A DNA stretch of 64,000 bases from Octopus sinensis. Its lineage: Eukaryota. The position numbers were made by a program, and so were the translations under genes. Each line of letters begins with the position of its first letter. The first letter of the stretch is position 1. Below the pieces are notes generated by a model. That model ran no database searches, was not told the origin of the DNA, and worked only from the letters and a program-made list of their open reading frames with translations. This document shows positions 41,479 through 55,800 of the stretch, one piece after another. The DNA is taken from positions 25,668,001 through 25,732,000 of the forward strand of contig NC_043013.1 in NCBI RefSeq assembly GCF_006345805.1, in the 5' to 3' direction.

Positions 41479-44126
41479 TGTGTATCCATACATATATGAA
41501 CAGACACATGTATTATATGTATATAGTCCACTTTGCTGAGTGGTTGGTGTAAAAATCCTGCCAAAACAGTCACAGAAGTCTGGTACAGGCTTCAGCCTGG
41601 CCGGCTCTTGTGGTACTGTCCCACCCATACTAGCATGGAATACAGACGTTAAATGATGATAATGAATGTTGATCAGCTGTAATGTAAAATGTGTGAAAAA
41701 TTTCAAACTGAAGTTAATAGCCTAGCAAGGTATCCGCCATCAGTTTGGAATGTTCTCAACGCACACAACAATGATGCCTTTTCTGGAGAAATGGTAAAAC
41801 CGTTTTTTTTAAATTTCTCTGTCTACAAAGGAACATGTAAGATCTCTCCTAGATGTTGGTGTCATGTAAAAAACACCTGTGCTGGTGCCATGTAGAAAGC
41901 ACCCAGCACACTCTGCAAGTGGTTGGCATTTGGAAAGGAATTCAGCTGTAGAAATTTTACCTAAGCAGGTAGTAGAGCTTGGCACAGCCTTCTGACCTGG
42001 CAAACTGCCCAGAATGGAAAACAGGCGTTAACTCTTTCGTTACCAACCCGGCTGAAACTGGCTCTGGCTCTGTGTACAAATGTCTTGTTTTCATAAGTTT
42101 TGAATGAAAATCTTCCACCAAACCTTAGTCACAATTTATGTTCCTAACACTAGCTTAATGATAACTAAGTTATTTTACTAAATTCTTTGTTACATTTAAA
42201 ATTAATTGAAAGAAACACAGAGCATCTCAACAGAAATACCGTAACAAAAGGGTTAAATGAGGATTATGATGATAGTGTAGAGAAATACAATATATTTTAT
42301 CTCACCTGAATGGTTTAAATGTCATGGAAAGAGAAGTATTTTGGGCAAGCATCATCTTTACCTAAAATGAAAAACACTGTCATCAGGTAAGAATAGAATA
42401 AAAAAGGACAAAATGGGAATTGAAAATGTGGAATGAAAGAAAAGATTTGCTTAGAAGTTTAAACATTCAGAGAACTCTAGTTTGATGATATTGAAATTTG
42501 GTAAAGAATAACATGGCAGAATGTTTAATTTGAGAGGGAGAGATGGGAGAGAGGGAGGGGGAAATGAAGCATTTTTTTTTTAGTCTTACAAGATTACATG
42601 GCTGTGAACTTTGTAGAGTACCACCAGACAAAGTGGCATAGAGGACGGATAGTTTGCCATACCGGCAGTCTTCATTTCTCAGCAACTATAGGACAGCTAG
42701 TCCATAGACAGGGAAAATACAATGGAAACTTAGCTCTGGTCTTGCTGCATCATCATCATCATCATCATAATAGAAAAATATTGATTTTGAATTTTGGCAC
42801 AAGGCCAATTAGACTGACCTCAGTGCGCAACTGGTATTTATTTGTAGTAAAGATTGTTTACTAACATAACATGGCAGTCCTGGTTTAGGACAGAATAATT
42901 GTTCGGCTAGAGGTGGTACTGCCAAATTCCCATTCGAAATATACAGTTTTCGAAGTGATCTATTAAATTAGAAAATTACTATTTGTAAATCTCACAACAA
43001 GAGATATTCAGCAACAGTACGTTGGTGTAAAGATTGTTTGCCAACATAACATGGCAGTACTGGTTTAGGACAAATGTTGCTGTAATTTAGCCCCAGGAGA
43101 CATCGTCTCCAGCTGGCAATACAACACGATCTGTGTCCTTATATTTCGAACAAGGGAATCTAACACCCCAGCTCAGCTCAAAACAATATCTGTGTATTAC
43201 GATTTCCGGGTTATTTCCCTTCATCAGCACAGAATAATTGTTCGGCTAGAGGTGGTGCTGCCAAATTCTCGTTCAAAATGACAACTAGTCACTGATCTAT
43301 AAATTAGAAAATTACTATTTGTAAATCTCACAAAGTGAAATATTCAGCAACAGTACTTTGGAGTAAAGATTGTTTGCCAACATAACGTAGCAGTCCTGGT
43401 GCTGATGAAAGGAAATAACCCAGAAATCACGATACACAGATATTGTTTTGGGCTGATTCGGGGTGCTAGGATAGAAATCAAACTTACTGTGTACTGGGCA
43501 AGGATTTGTTTAGCATTGGTAAGTAGATTCTCTGCTTTATAACCAAGATCACCACTCAGATATTCTAGAGGTAATTTTCCCTGTAACAAAAAAAAAATGA
43601 TAATTCTTAATGTAATGAACATTAATTTCAAGTATGAAGCATAACTAAAAGATAACAAAAGAAAAATATAACTGTGCATGCATGCATGCACACACACACT
43701 TTGAATAAGACTTGACTTGGTTTTTGAAAACCCGTTCACCTCAAGCCAGTGTGATAAAGTGGGCAGACAGTTAGAGATAACACATAATGTGTGTACGTGT
43801 GTTGTGTATATCATCATCATCATCATTGTTTAATGTCCGTTTTCCATGCTGGCATGGGTTGGACGGTTTGACAGGAGCCGGCCAGGTAGAAGACTACCCC
43901 AAGCTGTGTCTGTTTTGGCAGGATTTTTACGGCTGGATGTCCTTTCTAACACCAACCACTCTGCAGAGTGGACTGAGTGCTTTTTAAATAGCACCAGCAC
44001 AGGCAAGGTCAGTTTAGTATATATGTGTATGCACGTGTGTGAACAACATATATAAACACACATATATGATCTATATGAATAGTTTTCTCTCTCTCCTTGT
44101 GTGTGTATGTGTGAGGTGTGTGTATG

Positions 44127-44165
<39 letters not shown>

Positions 44166-46828
44166 TAGCAGTATCGCCCGGCGTTGCTCGGGTTTGTGAG
44201 GGAAATAACTATATAAGCATTTTTAGAGAGTTACTTCCCTTATATAATAGCAAAAAATGCATTAAAAATGGGAAAAAAATGATGGTAAATTTTTTTTTTT
44301 AATCGTAGACTCATCGTAGACGCGCACTAATACCCAGAAGGGCTCGATATGAATCATGACTATAAGATACCCGCTTTTGGTCAAACTGCACTGCAAAATG
44401 TGGGAGTAGTTACGAATCTAAATCGTAGGAGACAGACACACAACTTCACTTTTATATATAAAGATATATATAGTGGCAGCAGAATAAAGCATGTCTCCAT
44501 TAACAGTAGGTTGGAGCCAATAAAGGACATCTCATTATCCCCATGATTTTGCTCTGTCAAGATACTACTGGTTCATTCTCACTCTCCTGACGCCAACCAC
44601 TTTACAGAGTGTATCAGGTGCTCTTTTAGTGCCACTGGCACTAGTGTGGCCACCATACAGCTCATAAGTCTACAAAATCAGAGTTGTGGTGGTGAGCGTT
44701 GTGCTAAGTGGAGGTCATGGTACGAGAGAAAAGATTGGGGTTAAACAGGTTCTTGTTGCAGAGGAGCCATGAGGCTTCTTGGATTGGAAGGGAGAGTGAG
44801 AATGAACCAATATCTCCTTGGACCCATAGCAAATGTCAAACTGTCCAACTCATGTCAGCATGGAGCAGAAGACATCAAATGATGATGATATTGTGTGGAG
44901 TGAATGGAGGAAGAAGAGGATGAAACAAACTTACCACAGAGTTCATTGGGAAGGGGACGCCTATCAACGAAGACATCAAAGGAGCAATATCAGCCTACAA
45001 AATAAAAATAAAATCATAGTTACATAAATGGTAATCTGTGTGTGTTTGTGAGTGCATGCGTACTTGCGTGTGTGCATATGCTTCTACATGAAATTTATAA
45101 TAATAAATGGCAAGTTTATGTGTTTGTGAATTTGATACTTTAACTCCTCCAAGTCTATCCAACAGACCTTCATGAAACTTGACACGTGTGTGGGACTTAT
45201 GCCTATGTGGTCACTTACACACTTTTAAAAAAATCAATTCTTAATCAGCATCGATTTTTCAAAAATTGTAAAATTCCAGCATTTTTCGCCATTGTGACAT
45301 CAATGTGATGAAAAATGCCAAAATTTGACAAAAAGTGTTGCGTGGGTATAAACATACAACTTATTAACGGTAATCTACTTAGCATTTGCTAATTCTTCAT
45401 TCCAAAGTGAATTGTTTTGATTTGCCAAAACTTATTATTTCAATTCCACAGCGTTTCAGGTTTTGATTAGGTAAGAGCATTTTATTTCTTAAGCAAAATA
45501 TAGGCATTTTGCATACTAGCTGTCGTGACATCAATTTGATGAAATCTACCCCAAAGCGTAAAATTTCGCCATTTTACGCACATGCACAAAAATGACAACA
45601 TGGGTTTGCACTCCACACAATATCATCATCATCATTTGATGTCTTCTGCTCTATGCTGACATGGGTTGGACAGTTTGACATTTGCTATGGGTCCAAGGAG
45701 ATATTATTGGTTCATTCTCACTCTCCCTTCCAATCCAAGAAGCCTCGTGGCTCCTCTGCAACAAGAACCTGTTTAACCCCAATCTTTTCTCTCGTACCTT
45801 GACCTCCACTTAGCACAAAGCTCACCACCACCACTCTGATTTTGTAGACTTATGAGCTGCATGGTGGCCACACTAGTGCCAGTGGCACTAAAAGAGCACC
45901 TGATACACCAGACCCTGCTCGTTTTTACATCAAATTGGTCCTACCCATTAATATAAATTTTAAATTTTTGAAAAATGTTAAAATTTGATGAAAAATGTTT
46001 CATGGCTATAAACAGACATCATATTAATGGTAATTTTTTTAACAGGTATCTCAGCTAGTGGCTTCTAACTGTTAGAATATTGAGCTGTAAGAAACTCAAA
46101 TGAATTCTGCCTGAGAAACATGAAACAACAAAGAAAGGTCGTCAATGGTACATTACTGAGCTACAAGGTTTCAATAGTGAGGGCTGGTAACTAACTTAAA
46201 GAATGTTATGTTTTATTTAATTTAAAGGAGAGATGCAGGGCCTATTACTTTCACAGGTACCCCTTGATTGGTGGTGGTGCTGGGTTTATGCACAAGTTTT
46301 GCAGGGAAATTTAGTATAGGCGTGGTAAGAAATTTGCTTCCCAACCACATGGCTCTGGGTTCAGTTCCACTGTGGAATACCATAGGTAAGTATCTTCTAT
46401 ACAGCTTTGGGGCAACCAAAACCTTCTGAGTGGATCTGGTACATGGAAACTGAAAGAAACCTGTTGTGTGTATATAGATATAACTTGGGTGCCTTTGGAT
46501 GAAGCAGGAAACATTTATGGTGGACCTGTTTTTTTTACTGCTCTCTATCTGTTTTCTCTCCTCATTGCATTCTCTAGAAGAGCATAGGCTCGAAATGTCA
46601 GACATCTTTCATTTTTCCTGAGCGTCAAACTAATACACCCTGTTTGTTGTTCCTTCACCTCTGTCTTTTGATATTTATGTTTTGTAGATATAGGTGTGGG
46701 TGTGGCTGTGTAGTTCCCGGTTCAGTCCCACTGCCTGGCACCTTGGGCAAGTGTCTTATACTATAGCCTCAGGCTGACCAAAGCCTTGTGAATGAATTTG
46801 GTAGAAGGAAACTGGAAGAAGCCTGTTA

Positions 46829-46878
<50 letters not shown>

Positions 46879-49839
46879 AGTGAGTGTGTGTCTGTCTCCC
46901 CACCATCGCTTGACAACTGGTGCTGGTGTATTTATGTCCCCTTAACTTATTGTTTGGCAAATGATACTGATAGAATAAGTACTAGGCCTACAAAGAATAA
47001 GTCCTGGGGTCGATTTGCTCGACTAAAAGGTGGTGCTCCAGCATGACCTCAGTCAAGTGACTGAAACCAGTAAAAAGAATAAGGATTATCATTTCCTCAT
47101 TTTGTGTGGGGGAGCAAAAAAAAGTAATATCATTGTCCTATCATTAAGGGGTCATTTGTGGATCCTTCAGAATTACTTTGTAATAATTCATCATCATCAT
47201 CATCGTTTAACGTCCGCTTTCCATGCTAGCATGGGTTGGACGGTTCAACTGGGGTCTGGCAAGCTCGAAGGCTGCACCAGGCCAGTCAGATCTGGCAGTG
47301 TTTCTACAGCTGGATGCCCTTCCTAACGCCAACCACTCCGAGAGTGTAGTGGGTGATTTTATGTGCCACCGACACACCCTATTATTATTATTATTATTAT
47401 TATTAAGGCAGTATGCTGACAGAATTGTTAACATGCCAGACATAATGCTAAGTGGCATTTCCTTTGGCTTGATATTCCGAGTTCAAATTCTGCCCAGGTC
47501 AACCTTATCTTTTATTCATTCAGGGTTTCATGAAATAAGTAATGGTTGAACATTGAGGTTGATGTAATTGACTTATTGCTCCCACCAAAAATTTCAGGCC
47601 TTGTGCCTTTATTATCTCTGCCTTAGCGAAGGTATTGTTTTCAGTTGTGTTTGTTTGTCCGTGGAAAAGAACTGCTGGATGGATTTGAATGAAACTTTCA
47701 AGAATGTTTGGCCTTGTGACTGGCATGAATTGATTAGATTTCGGGAACAATCTAGTACCAGACACGGATTCTGGATTAGTTTTCTTGTTTTTTTTACTTA
47801 ATTCTTGAGAGCAGTCAGGTTCATTTTTAGTATTCTCGTTTGTGAGAGCAATCAAGTTTATTTCAGATATTTTCATTAAAAAAATTTCTGGCTAATCGTT
47901 GAGAGGACATTGGTGTTACCTTGGTGGAGGTTTGCACTCTCAGAGTGTTGTTGTTGTTATTATTACTATTATTATTATTATCATTATTACTGAAGGCAGT
48001 GAGCTGGCAGAATCGTTAGCACTCCGGGCAAAATGATTAACAGTATTTCGTCTGCCGCTATGTTCTGAGTTCAAATTCTGCTGAGGTTGACTTTGTCTTT
48101 CATCCTTTTTGGGTCAATAAATTAAGTGCCAGTGAAACTCTGGGGTTGATGTAATCGACTAGTACCCTCCTGCCAAAAGTTCAGGCCTCGTACCTTTAGT
48201 AGAAAGGATTGTTATTATTATTATTATTATCTAAAACTATACCAACCTGTTCAACATCATTTCTTAAAAGATGACTAAGAAACCAATCTGAAAGTAATAA
48301 TAATAATAATAATGATAATAATAATAACAATGATGATAATGATGATGATGAAAATGATTTTCTTCATTGCCATGAACAGGAGGTACAATGAGGATGTATT
48401 ACAAAACAATGCAGGCTTTACATCAAGTATGGAAAACAAATATAACCTTCCCATCCCAAATTTAAGTATTTACCATAAATAAGGGGACAGGTACCTAGGT
48501 CCAATCAAGGATTCTTACTGAGCTCAAAGAACATAGATGAGAGAGTGAGCTATTAAAGGACTAGGAGATACTACAAGTTATTAATGGGAGGGTGCAGTTA
48601 AGAGGGGTGGTTAGGGTGTTAAAGAAAGAAGCTATCCAGAAGCTCTATGTAAAGAAAGTACTAACATAATAATCAAAGGTCAAACCTATGTTAACGGAGT
48701 AAACTTAAGTAAAGTTAAACAAGTAAAGTAGGAAATTAATACCAAGAATCACCCCACCCCCATGGTACACTATGGAGTAAGTCTAAGTCCAGCGGTCTCT
48801 ACATTGGTGAATAACAATTTAAAACAATTTAATTTGTTAAAACAATTCACAAGTTAAAACCGTTACAAAGGGTTTTTTTTATAGATAAACAATAATAACA
48901 GATACTGATAGTATATATGGATATCTTATCCCTTAGTTGGTCACTACAAACATTAAGAGCATCATCCGAGCATGATCGCTGCCAGAGCAGCTGACTGGCT
49001 TCTGTGCCGGTGGCACGTAAAAGGCACCATTCAAACGTGACCGTTACCAGCATCGATTTACTGGCACGCGAATAACATTCGAACAAGGTCATTGCCAGTG
49101 CCGCTGGACTGGCTCCTGTGCAGGTGGCACATGAAAAACACCACTTGAGCATGGCTGTTGCCAGTATCACCTGACTGGTCCTCGTGCTGGTGGCACGTAA
49201 AAGCACCCACTACACTCTCGGAGTGGTTGGTGTTAGGAGGGGCAACTAGCTGTAGAAACTCTGCCAGATCAGATTGGAGCCTGGTGCAGCCATCTGGTTA
49301 ACCAGTCCTCAGTCAAATCATTCAACCCATGCTAGCATGGAAAGCGGATGTTAAACGATGATGATGATGATTATACATATATATATATACTAGCAGTATC
49401 GCCCAGCGTTGCTCGGGTTTGTAAGGGAAATAACTATATAAGCATTTTTATAGATGTAAATAGAGTTACTTCCCTTATATATGCCAAAAATGCATTAAAA
49501 ATGGGAAAAATTGAAGGTAAATTTTTTTTAAATCGTAGACTCATCGTAGACGTGCACTAATACCCAGAAGGGCCTGATGTGAATCACGACTACAAGATAC
49601 CTGGTTTTGGTTAAACTGCACCGCAAAATGTGGGAGTAGTTAGGAATCTAAATCGTAGGAGACAGACAGCACACAACCTCACTTTTATATATAAAGATAT
49701 ATATATGTATATAGATATCATGGACTCTCCCATCATTAGATAGCATATGAGGCTTAGGCAATTTCTTGTCAAACAACCACACAGATAATTTGTTTATAGT
49801 GATCAAATGTTTATGTACACATAAGCTCACTCCTTTCAT

Positions 49840-49883
<44 letters not shown>

Positions 49884-52800
49884 GTTACCTTCTCGAACCA
49901 TTCCAGGCTCATGAGGGTCGGTTTCCTAATTTCAATGACATACATATTCCCCACCTGGATGGGACGCCGGTCCGTTGCAGGATTACTCATTTTTGCCAGC
50001 TGAGTGGACTGGAGCAATGTAACATGAAGTGTTTTTGTTCAAGAACACAATGCACTGCCCAGTCCAGGAATTGAAACCACAATCTTGTGATCATGAGTTC
50101 AACACCTTAACCACTAAACCACATGCCTCCACTTACATATCTATATATATATATATATCATGTGTGTGTGTGTATGTGAGCACGCTTGTGTGTACCATTG
50201 TCTAGACATCATGTGATAGTAGTAAATGAGCATCATTGTTATATAAGCAACAACGTTCATTTTTGTATTCCATAAAAAACATGTCTGGCCTCTGGGAAAT
50301 ATTACTTTACTTGGAAACGAGGGTTGGCAACAGAAAAGGCATCTGGCCATACAGTCTGTAATATGGTTGACATTAGAAAGGGCATCCTCTCATAGAAACC
50401 ATGCTAAAACAGACAATTGGAACCTGGTGCTGTCAAACCATCCAACCCATGCCAGCATGGAGAACAGGGATTAAATGATGATGACGTCTTATCATTGGAT
50501 GTCTACAGAGTCACGGCCTGAATTCTGTTAATGTTCTTACCCACATAAGAACACTGATGTAAGTACATGAGTCTGTGCCAGTGGACAAGTTGAAAAGAAC
50601 AGCCATCTCTCTCTTAAGTGATTATCACTTGCTAGTGTTTACCACGCTTTTGTTAATTGCTTTAGGTGGCCATGTTGTCATGAATACACTTTCTCAACCC
50701 CTAACCCAGTGGAATACTTGGAAGTGTAACAGCTAGATGGAAAGAGGGTAGCACCAGTACTAGGCTAATATTCAGTCTCCAATTGAATGAATTAAAGCAA
50801 TGTGAAATGAAGTGCCTTGCTCAAGGACACAATGTATTGCCCAATGCAGGATTTGAGACCAGAGACTTACAAATATGAGTCTAACATCCTAATTCCTAAG
50901 CCATGAACTTTCACATGTGAGCAATGTGACACTTCATTGATAAAGAAATGTTCCAAGTTCAAATCCAAGAACAAGAGACCTAATAACGTACAGGGATTAA
51001 ACTGAGTGAAACATCATCATTATCTAATATCTGTTTTCTGCGCTGACATGAGTTGATTGTTTGACAGAAGCTGGCCCCAGACTTCAAGTCCGTTTTGGCA
51101 TGGTTTCTACGGCTGGATGCCCTTCTTGATGCCAATCACATTACAGAGTGTGCTGGGTGTTTTTTAAGCAGCACAAGCATGGGGGCATTTACGTGGCACC
51201 GATACAGGTGCTTTTTATATGGCACCAGCAGCCATGAACCTGCAAGGGTAGGAATGCAGGGGACAAGCCTCTATACTTTTATTTAGTTTGATGGGTCTTG
51301 TCAAGCACAGCAAATTGTTAGGAGTTTTGTTTCCTTCTCATCCTCTTTGCCAGTCCAAGCATCTGTAGATCCTTTCTTACCACTTCGTCCCAAGTTTTCT
51401 TGGGTCTATTCCCTCCACAGGTTCCAAAGTCGAAATATAGATACTGTAAATATATATTCTAAAGGTGAAGGTAATAGTCAAGAAAATAGTAATCTTGTTC
51501 GAATGGGAACATTGAAAAAACATTGCAAAGAGAGATTCTTTGAAATATAATAGCAAAACAATGATACCTTCAGAGAAATTATCAGTAAAGCCTGAGTGTT
51601 TTCCAGCAGGCATTGCTGTACGAATCCCTGCACCCCATGCAACTAATGGAGTCAATGTCTCATGTGGGTTACCAGCTCCATGGGAACCTGTGTGGAGAAT
51701 GTAATAAAAAAAAAAAAAAGGTAAACAAATTAACAATAAAAAAAATAGTTTAAAATCAACTTCTGAGATTGAACATTATAATAACGATTTAAAATTTTGG
51801 TACAAGACCAGTGATTTGGAGGGAGCGGGGGAGTCGGTTAAATTGACCCCAGTGTTCAACTGGTATTTTTATTATAAAAGAAAGAAAGACAAATCAACTT
51901 CAGCAGAATTTGAACTCAGAATGTGAAGAAGGATGAAATGCTGCGAAGCATTTTGCCTAACATGCTAACAATTCAACCAGCTCACTGCCTTGATAATAAT
52001 AATAATCCTTTCTACAATAGGCACAAGGCCTGAAATTTAGGGAGGGGGACTAGTTGATAACATCAACCCCCAGTGCTTGACTTGACCCCAAAATGATGAA
52101 AGGCAAAGTCGACCTTGCACAGTTGTATATGCAACTAGGGCTAACTTTGATAATGCAACAGTAATGTGTGTGTGTGTGAAATATATCTTTTACTTGTTTC
52201 ACTCATTAGACTGTGGCCATGCTGGAGCACCGCCTTGAAGAATTTTAGCCAAGCAAATTGACCCCAGGACTTATTTTTTGTTTCAAAGCCTAGTATTTAT
52301 TCTATCAGGCTCTTTTGCTGAACTGCTAAGTTACAGGGATGTAAATACACCAACACCAGATGTCAAGCAGTGTGCATGTGTGTGGGTGGGACAAAGACTG
52401 ACACAAAGCCATATATGCATAGATACATACATACATATGTGTGTGAGCGTGAGTATGACAGGATTCCTTCAGTTTTCATCTTCTAAATCTACTCACAACG
52501 ATTTGGTTGGCCTGACGCAATAGTAGAAGAGACTCACCCAAGGTGCCATGTAGTGTGACTGAACCTGGAACCTTATGGTTGGGAAGCAAACTTCTTACCA
52601 CACAGCCACAAATATATATATATACATATAAATAAAAGAATAAAATGATATAAAACTGTTTCCTACCCCAGTTAGTCATACCATGATCCGAAGTGAGAAT
52701 ATAGGCTGTTTTGCCATCATTGTTATAAAAGTTATCAATAACATGAACCATTTCTTTGATTCCTTCATCAACAATTTGGATATTTTCTATGTATTCTCTG

Positions 52801-55800
52801 CAAAATAATTCAAATTGGTTTACAATTAAGAACTGAAATCTAAAAGAAAAACACACACAAAAAGTATTCTTTGAATTTCATTTTGTCTTTTATTGGGGAG
52901 GGAGAGAGAGAGAAAATCATAATTGATTTTATTGTTTTATTTTGCAACCATGAGATTTTGGGCTCAGTTCCACTATGCAACACCTTGAGGAAGGGTCTCC
53001 TACTATCAGTCCCAGGCTGATCAATGCTTGGTGAGTGAATCTGGTAGACAGAAATTGCAGGAAGTCCATTATGTGTGTGAGTGTGTGTGTGTGTGCATGT
53101 CTGTATATATGTGAGTGTATGTGTGTGTTCATGAATGCCAATATTCCACATTTGCCACTAAGCAACATGGTAATAATGTTGGCATTCCCTGTTGATCTGT
53201 GCTTTCAGTAGCTGAAACACACACACAAAAATAAATAAAAATACAGGTTGGTGACAAGGAGAGCACCAGGCCTTAAAAATTTTGCCTCAATTCCCTATTT
53301 AACCCTTTTTAGCATGGAAAAATGAACATGAAATGAATGAGGGAATGAAATTATAAAATCTCAACTAAACTTCAAAATTCTCATTAATCTATGCAAGCAT
53401 GGCTTGTCTTGGTTTGGGCAAACCATTGTAAAATATGGTGGTGTGTCTTGCATTTAAAATCTGATGAAGCCCTTTTTCTATGCAGATCTGACCTCATGGC
53501 CAGTGTCTTCCAGAAAGAGAAGAATGGACCCTCCACCACACCTCAGTACTGGGCTGGAAGAATGAAAGGTAAAGTTTTCCTTGGGAGATATTGAACTCAG
53601 AACAAGAGAAAACTCACACAAATAGTGCAAGGTATTTTATCCAATCTTCTACCAGTTACTGCACAAAGAATGAACCAATGAGGTTGCTGCTTCTTCAGGT
53701 CTGGTTGACCTGCTGCAAATTACTAGAAATACTGGTTTGTTAGCTCTGTTTGCCAGACATTTCAGCTGCTTAATAATGTTTCTCATAGATGGCAAGGAGA
53801 CCCCCACCACCTTCAGGATGGGGAGAGGGATATGAAGATTGAAAAGGGGGGCAGACAAAATATCAAATTTTCATAAAATGAAGATGGCTTATTAAACTTT
53901 ATATAATTGCCCAACATCACATAGGAAAATGAAAAAGGCATGAGCACAAACAGAGTAATATAGAAACCTACATATACATATACACACACGCAGACAAGAC
54001 ATACACATTCCAAAAACATAAATGTGCACATAGATACAGACAGAAATGCATGTGCAAAGAAGGATACATTCCACAGAAAGACAATTCATGATGGAATACG
54101 AGACAGGACAAAACTAGAGAGGAGAGAAGACAGAGAGAAGAACAGGTTGTCACTGAAGAGGTCACAGAATGTGTGAGGAAAGGACTCTGATAAATTAACT
54201 AATAATAATAATAACAATAAAACTAAAGTGAAGATCAAATAGTGTGTGTATGTATGTACTTGTTGGCAAAATGACCATCCCCAAATATAACAAAATCTAT
54301 TTTGTTTTCTCATTAATAGTGGCGCTGGGAGGATGGTAATGGGGGCAGGAACACAAAATTTCACTAACATTTTTTGGTGTTGCGAAGAGCATCAAGCTGT
54401 AGAAACCTTGCCAGATCAGATTACAGCCTAGTGCAGCCTCCTGGCTTGCCAGTCCTCAGTCAAGCCGTCCAACCCATGCCAGCATGGAAAGTAGACATTA
54501 AACGATGATGATGATGTAGGGCCCTGGTATTTATGGGGTTGAGAGTCAAGTAAATGAAGGAACCTCCACTTGGTTACTTGATTTGCAAGAATTAGCAGCC
54601 AAAACTCACTCAAATTATACCCAGTCATCTTAATAAGAGTGGGACACATTGGCTAATGTGTTTCTAGATGTGTGATGCTTGAGAGATGGACAAGAAGATT
54701 GTAGCCAGAACATTTTTGAAAAGAGGTCTGCTTGTCTGGTTGGGGCTGCTTTTCAGTAAAATAACAATGGCTATCGTACAATGAAAATTTCTAACTTACC
54801 AGTAACATTTTTAAAACATGTTACTAAAAAAAAGTAAAAAGTTTCTTTAATTTTAAGAAGAGGTAAAGCAAATTTTATCTGTTTCAAGATAACCAAAACA
54901 ATATACAAATGACGAGGACATGAAAGGGATTTTTAAGAGGCAAAGAATTTTTAACAGACATTAATTGCCTCTTCAAAAATAAATGAATTACAACAAAATT
55001 TGTTTAACCTATTTACTACCAGTCATGAATACTCTGGCATTTTTTGTGAAAATTACTGAATTAGTGCAGAACAGGTTTAATCTATTTACTACCAAATCAA
55101 GACATGCTTGTTTTTTTTTTTTGTGGTGCGCAATAACTTTTATACACGCATCAGCAATTGTAGCACTTTGCAGCACTGGAGATGTTATAATTATCTTTTA
55201 ATGTTAATGATGGTTTCAAATTATGGCACAAGGCCAGCAATTTTTGGGGAGGGGGTAAGTTGATTACATCCACCCCAGTGCTCAACTGGCACTTATTGGT
55301 CCCAGAAAGATTAAAAGCAAAGTTGATCTCAGCAGAATTTGAACTCAGAACATAAAGACAGACGAAATGCTGCTAAGCATTTTCCCTGGCATGCTAACAA
55401 TTCTGTTAGCTCGCAGTCTTCATCATCATCATCATAATAATAATAATACTGGTTTCAAATTTTGGCACAAGGCCAGCAATTTTGCAGAAAGGGGTAAGTC
55501 AGTTATACTGACCTCAGTACTTTCGACCTTGAAAGGATAAAGGGCAAAGTCAACCTCAGAATATAATGACAGACAGAAGCTGCTAAGCATTTTGCCCAGC
55601 ATTCTTACGATTTTGCCAGCTCTGTTGGAAATGGTTTGTGTTCACGTATAGTATTGGAAGGATTTGGTGCACATTAGTATTGACATTTAGCAAAAGATCT
55701 TGCAATTTATTTTAATATGGGAGAGTCCATTGTCTGCTTCAAAACCTTAAAATGTAAATGAAATGACTTCACTAACAACTTCTAGACTATTCCAATTATC

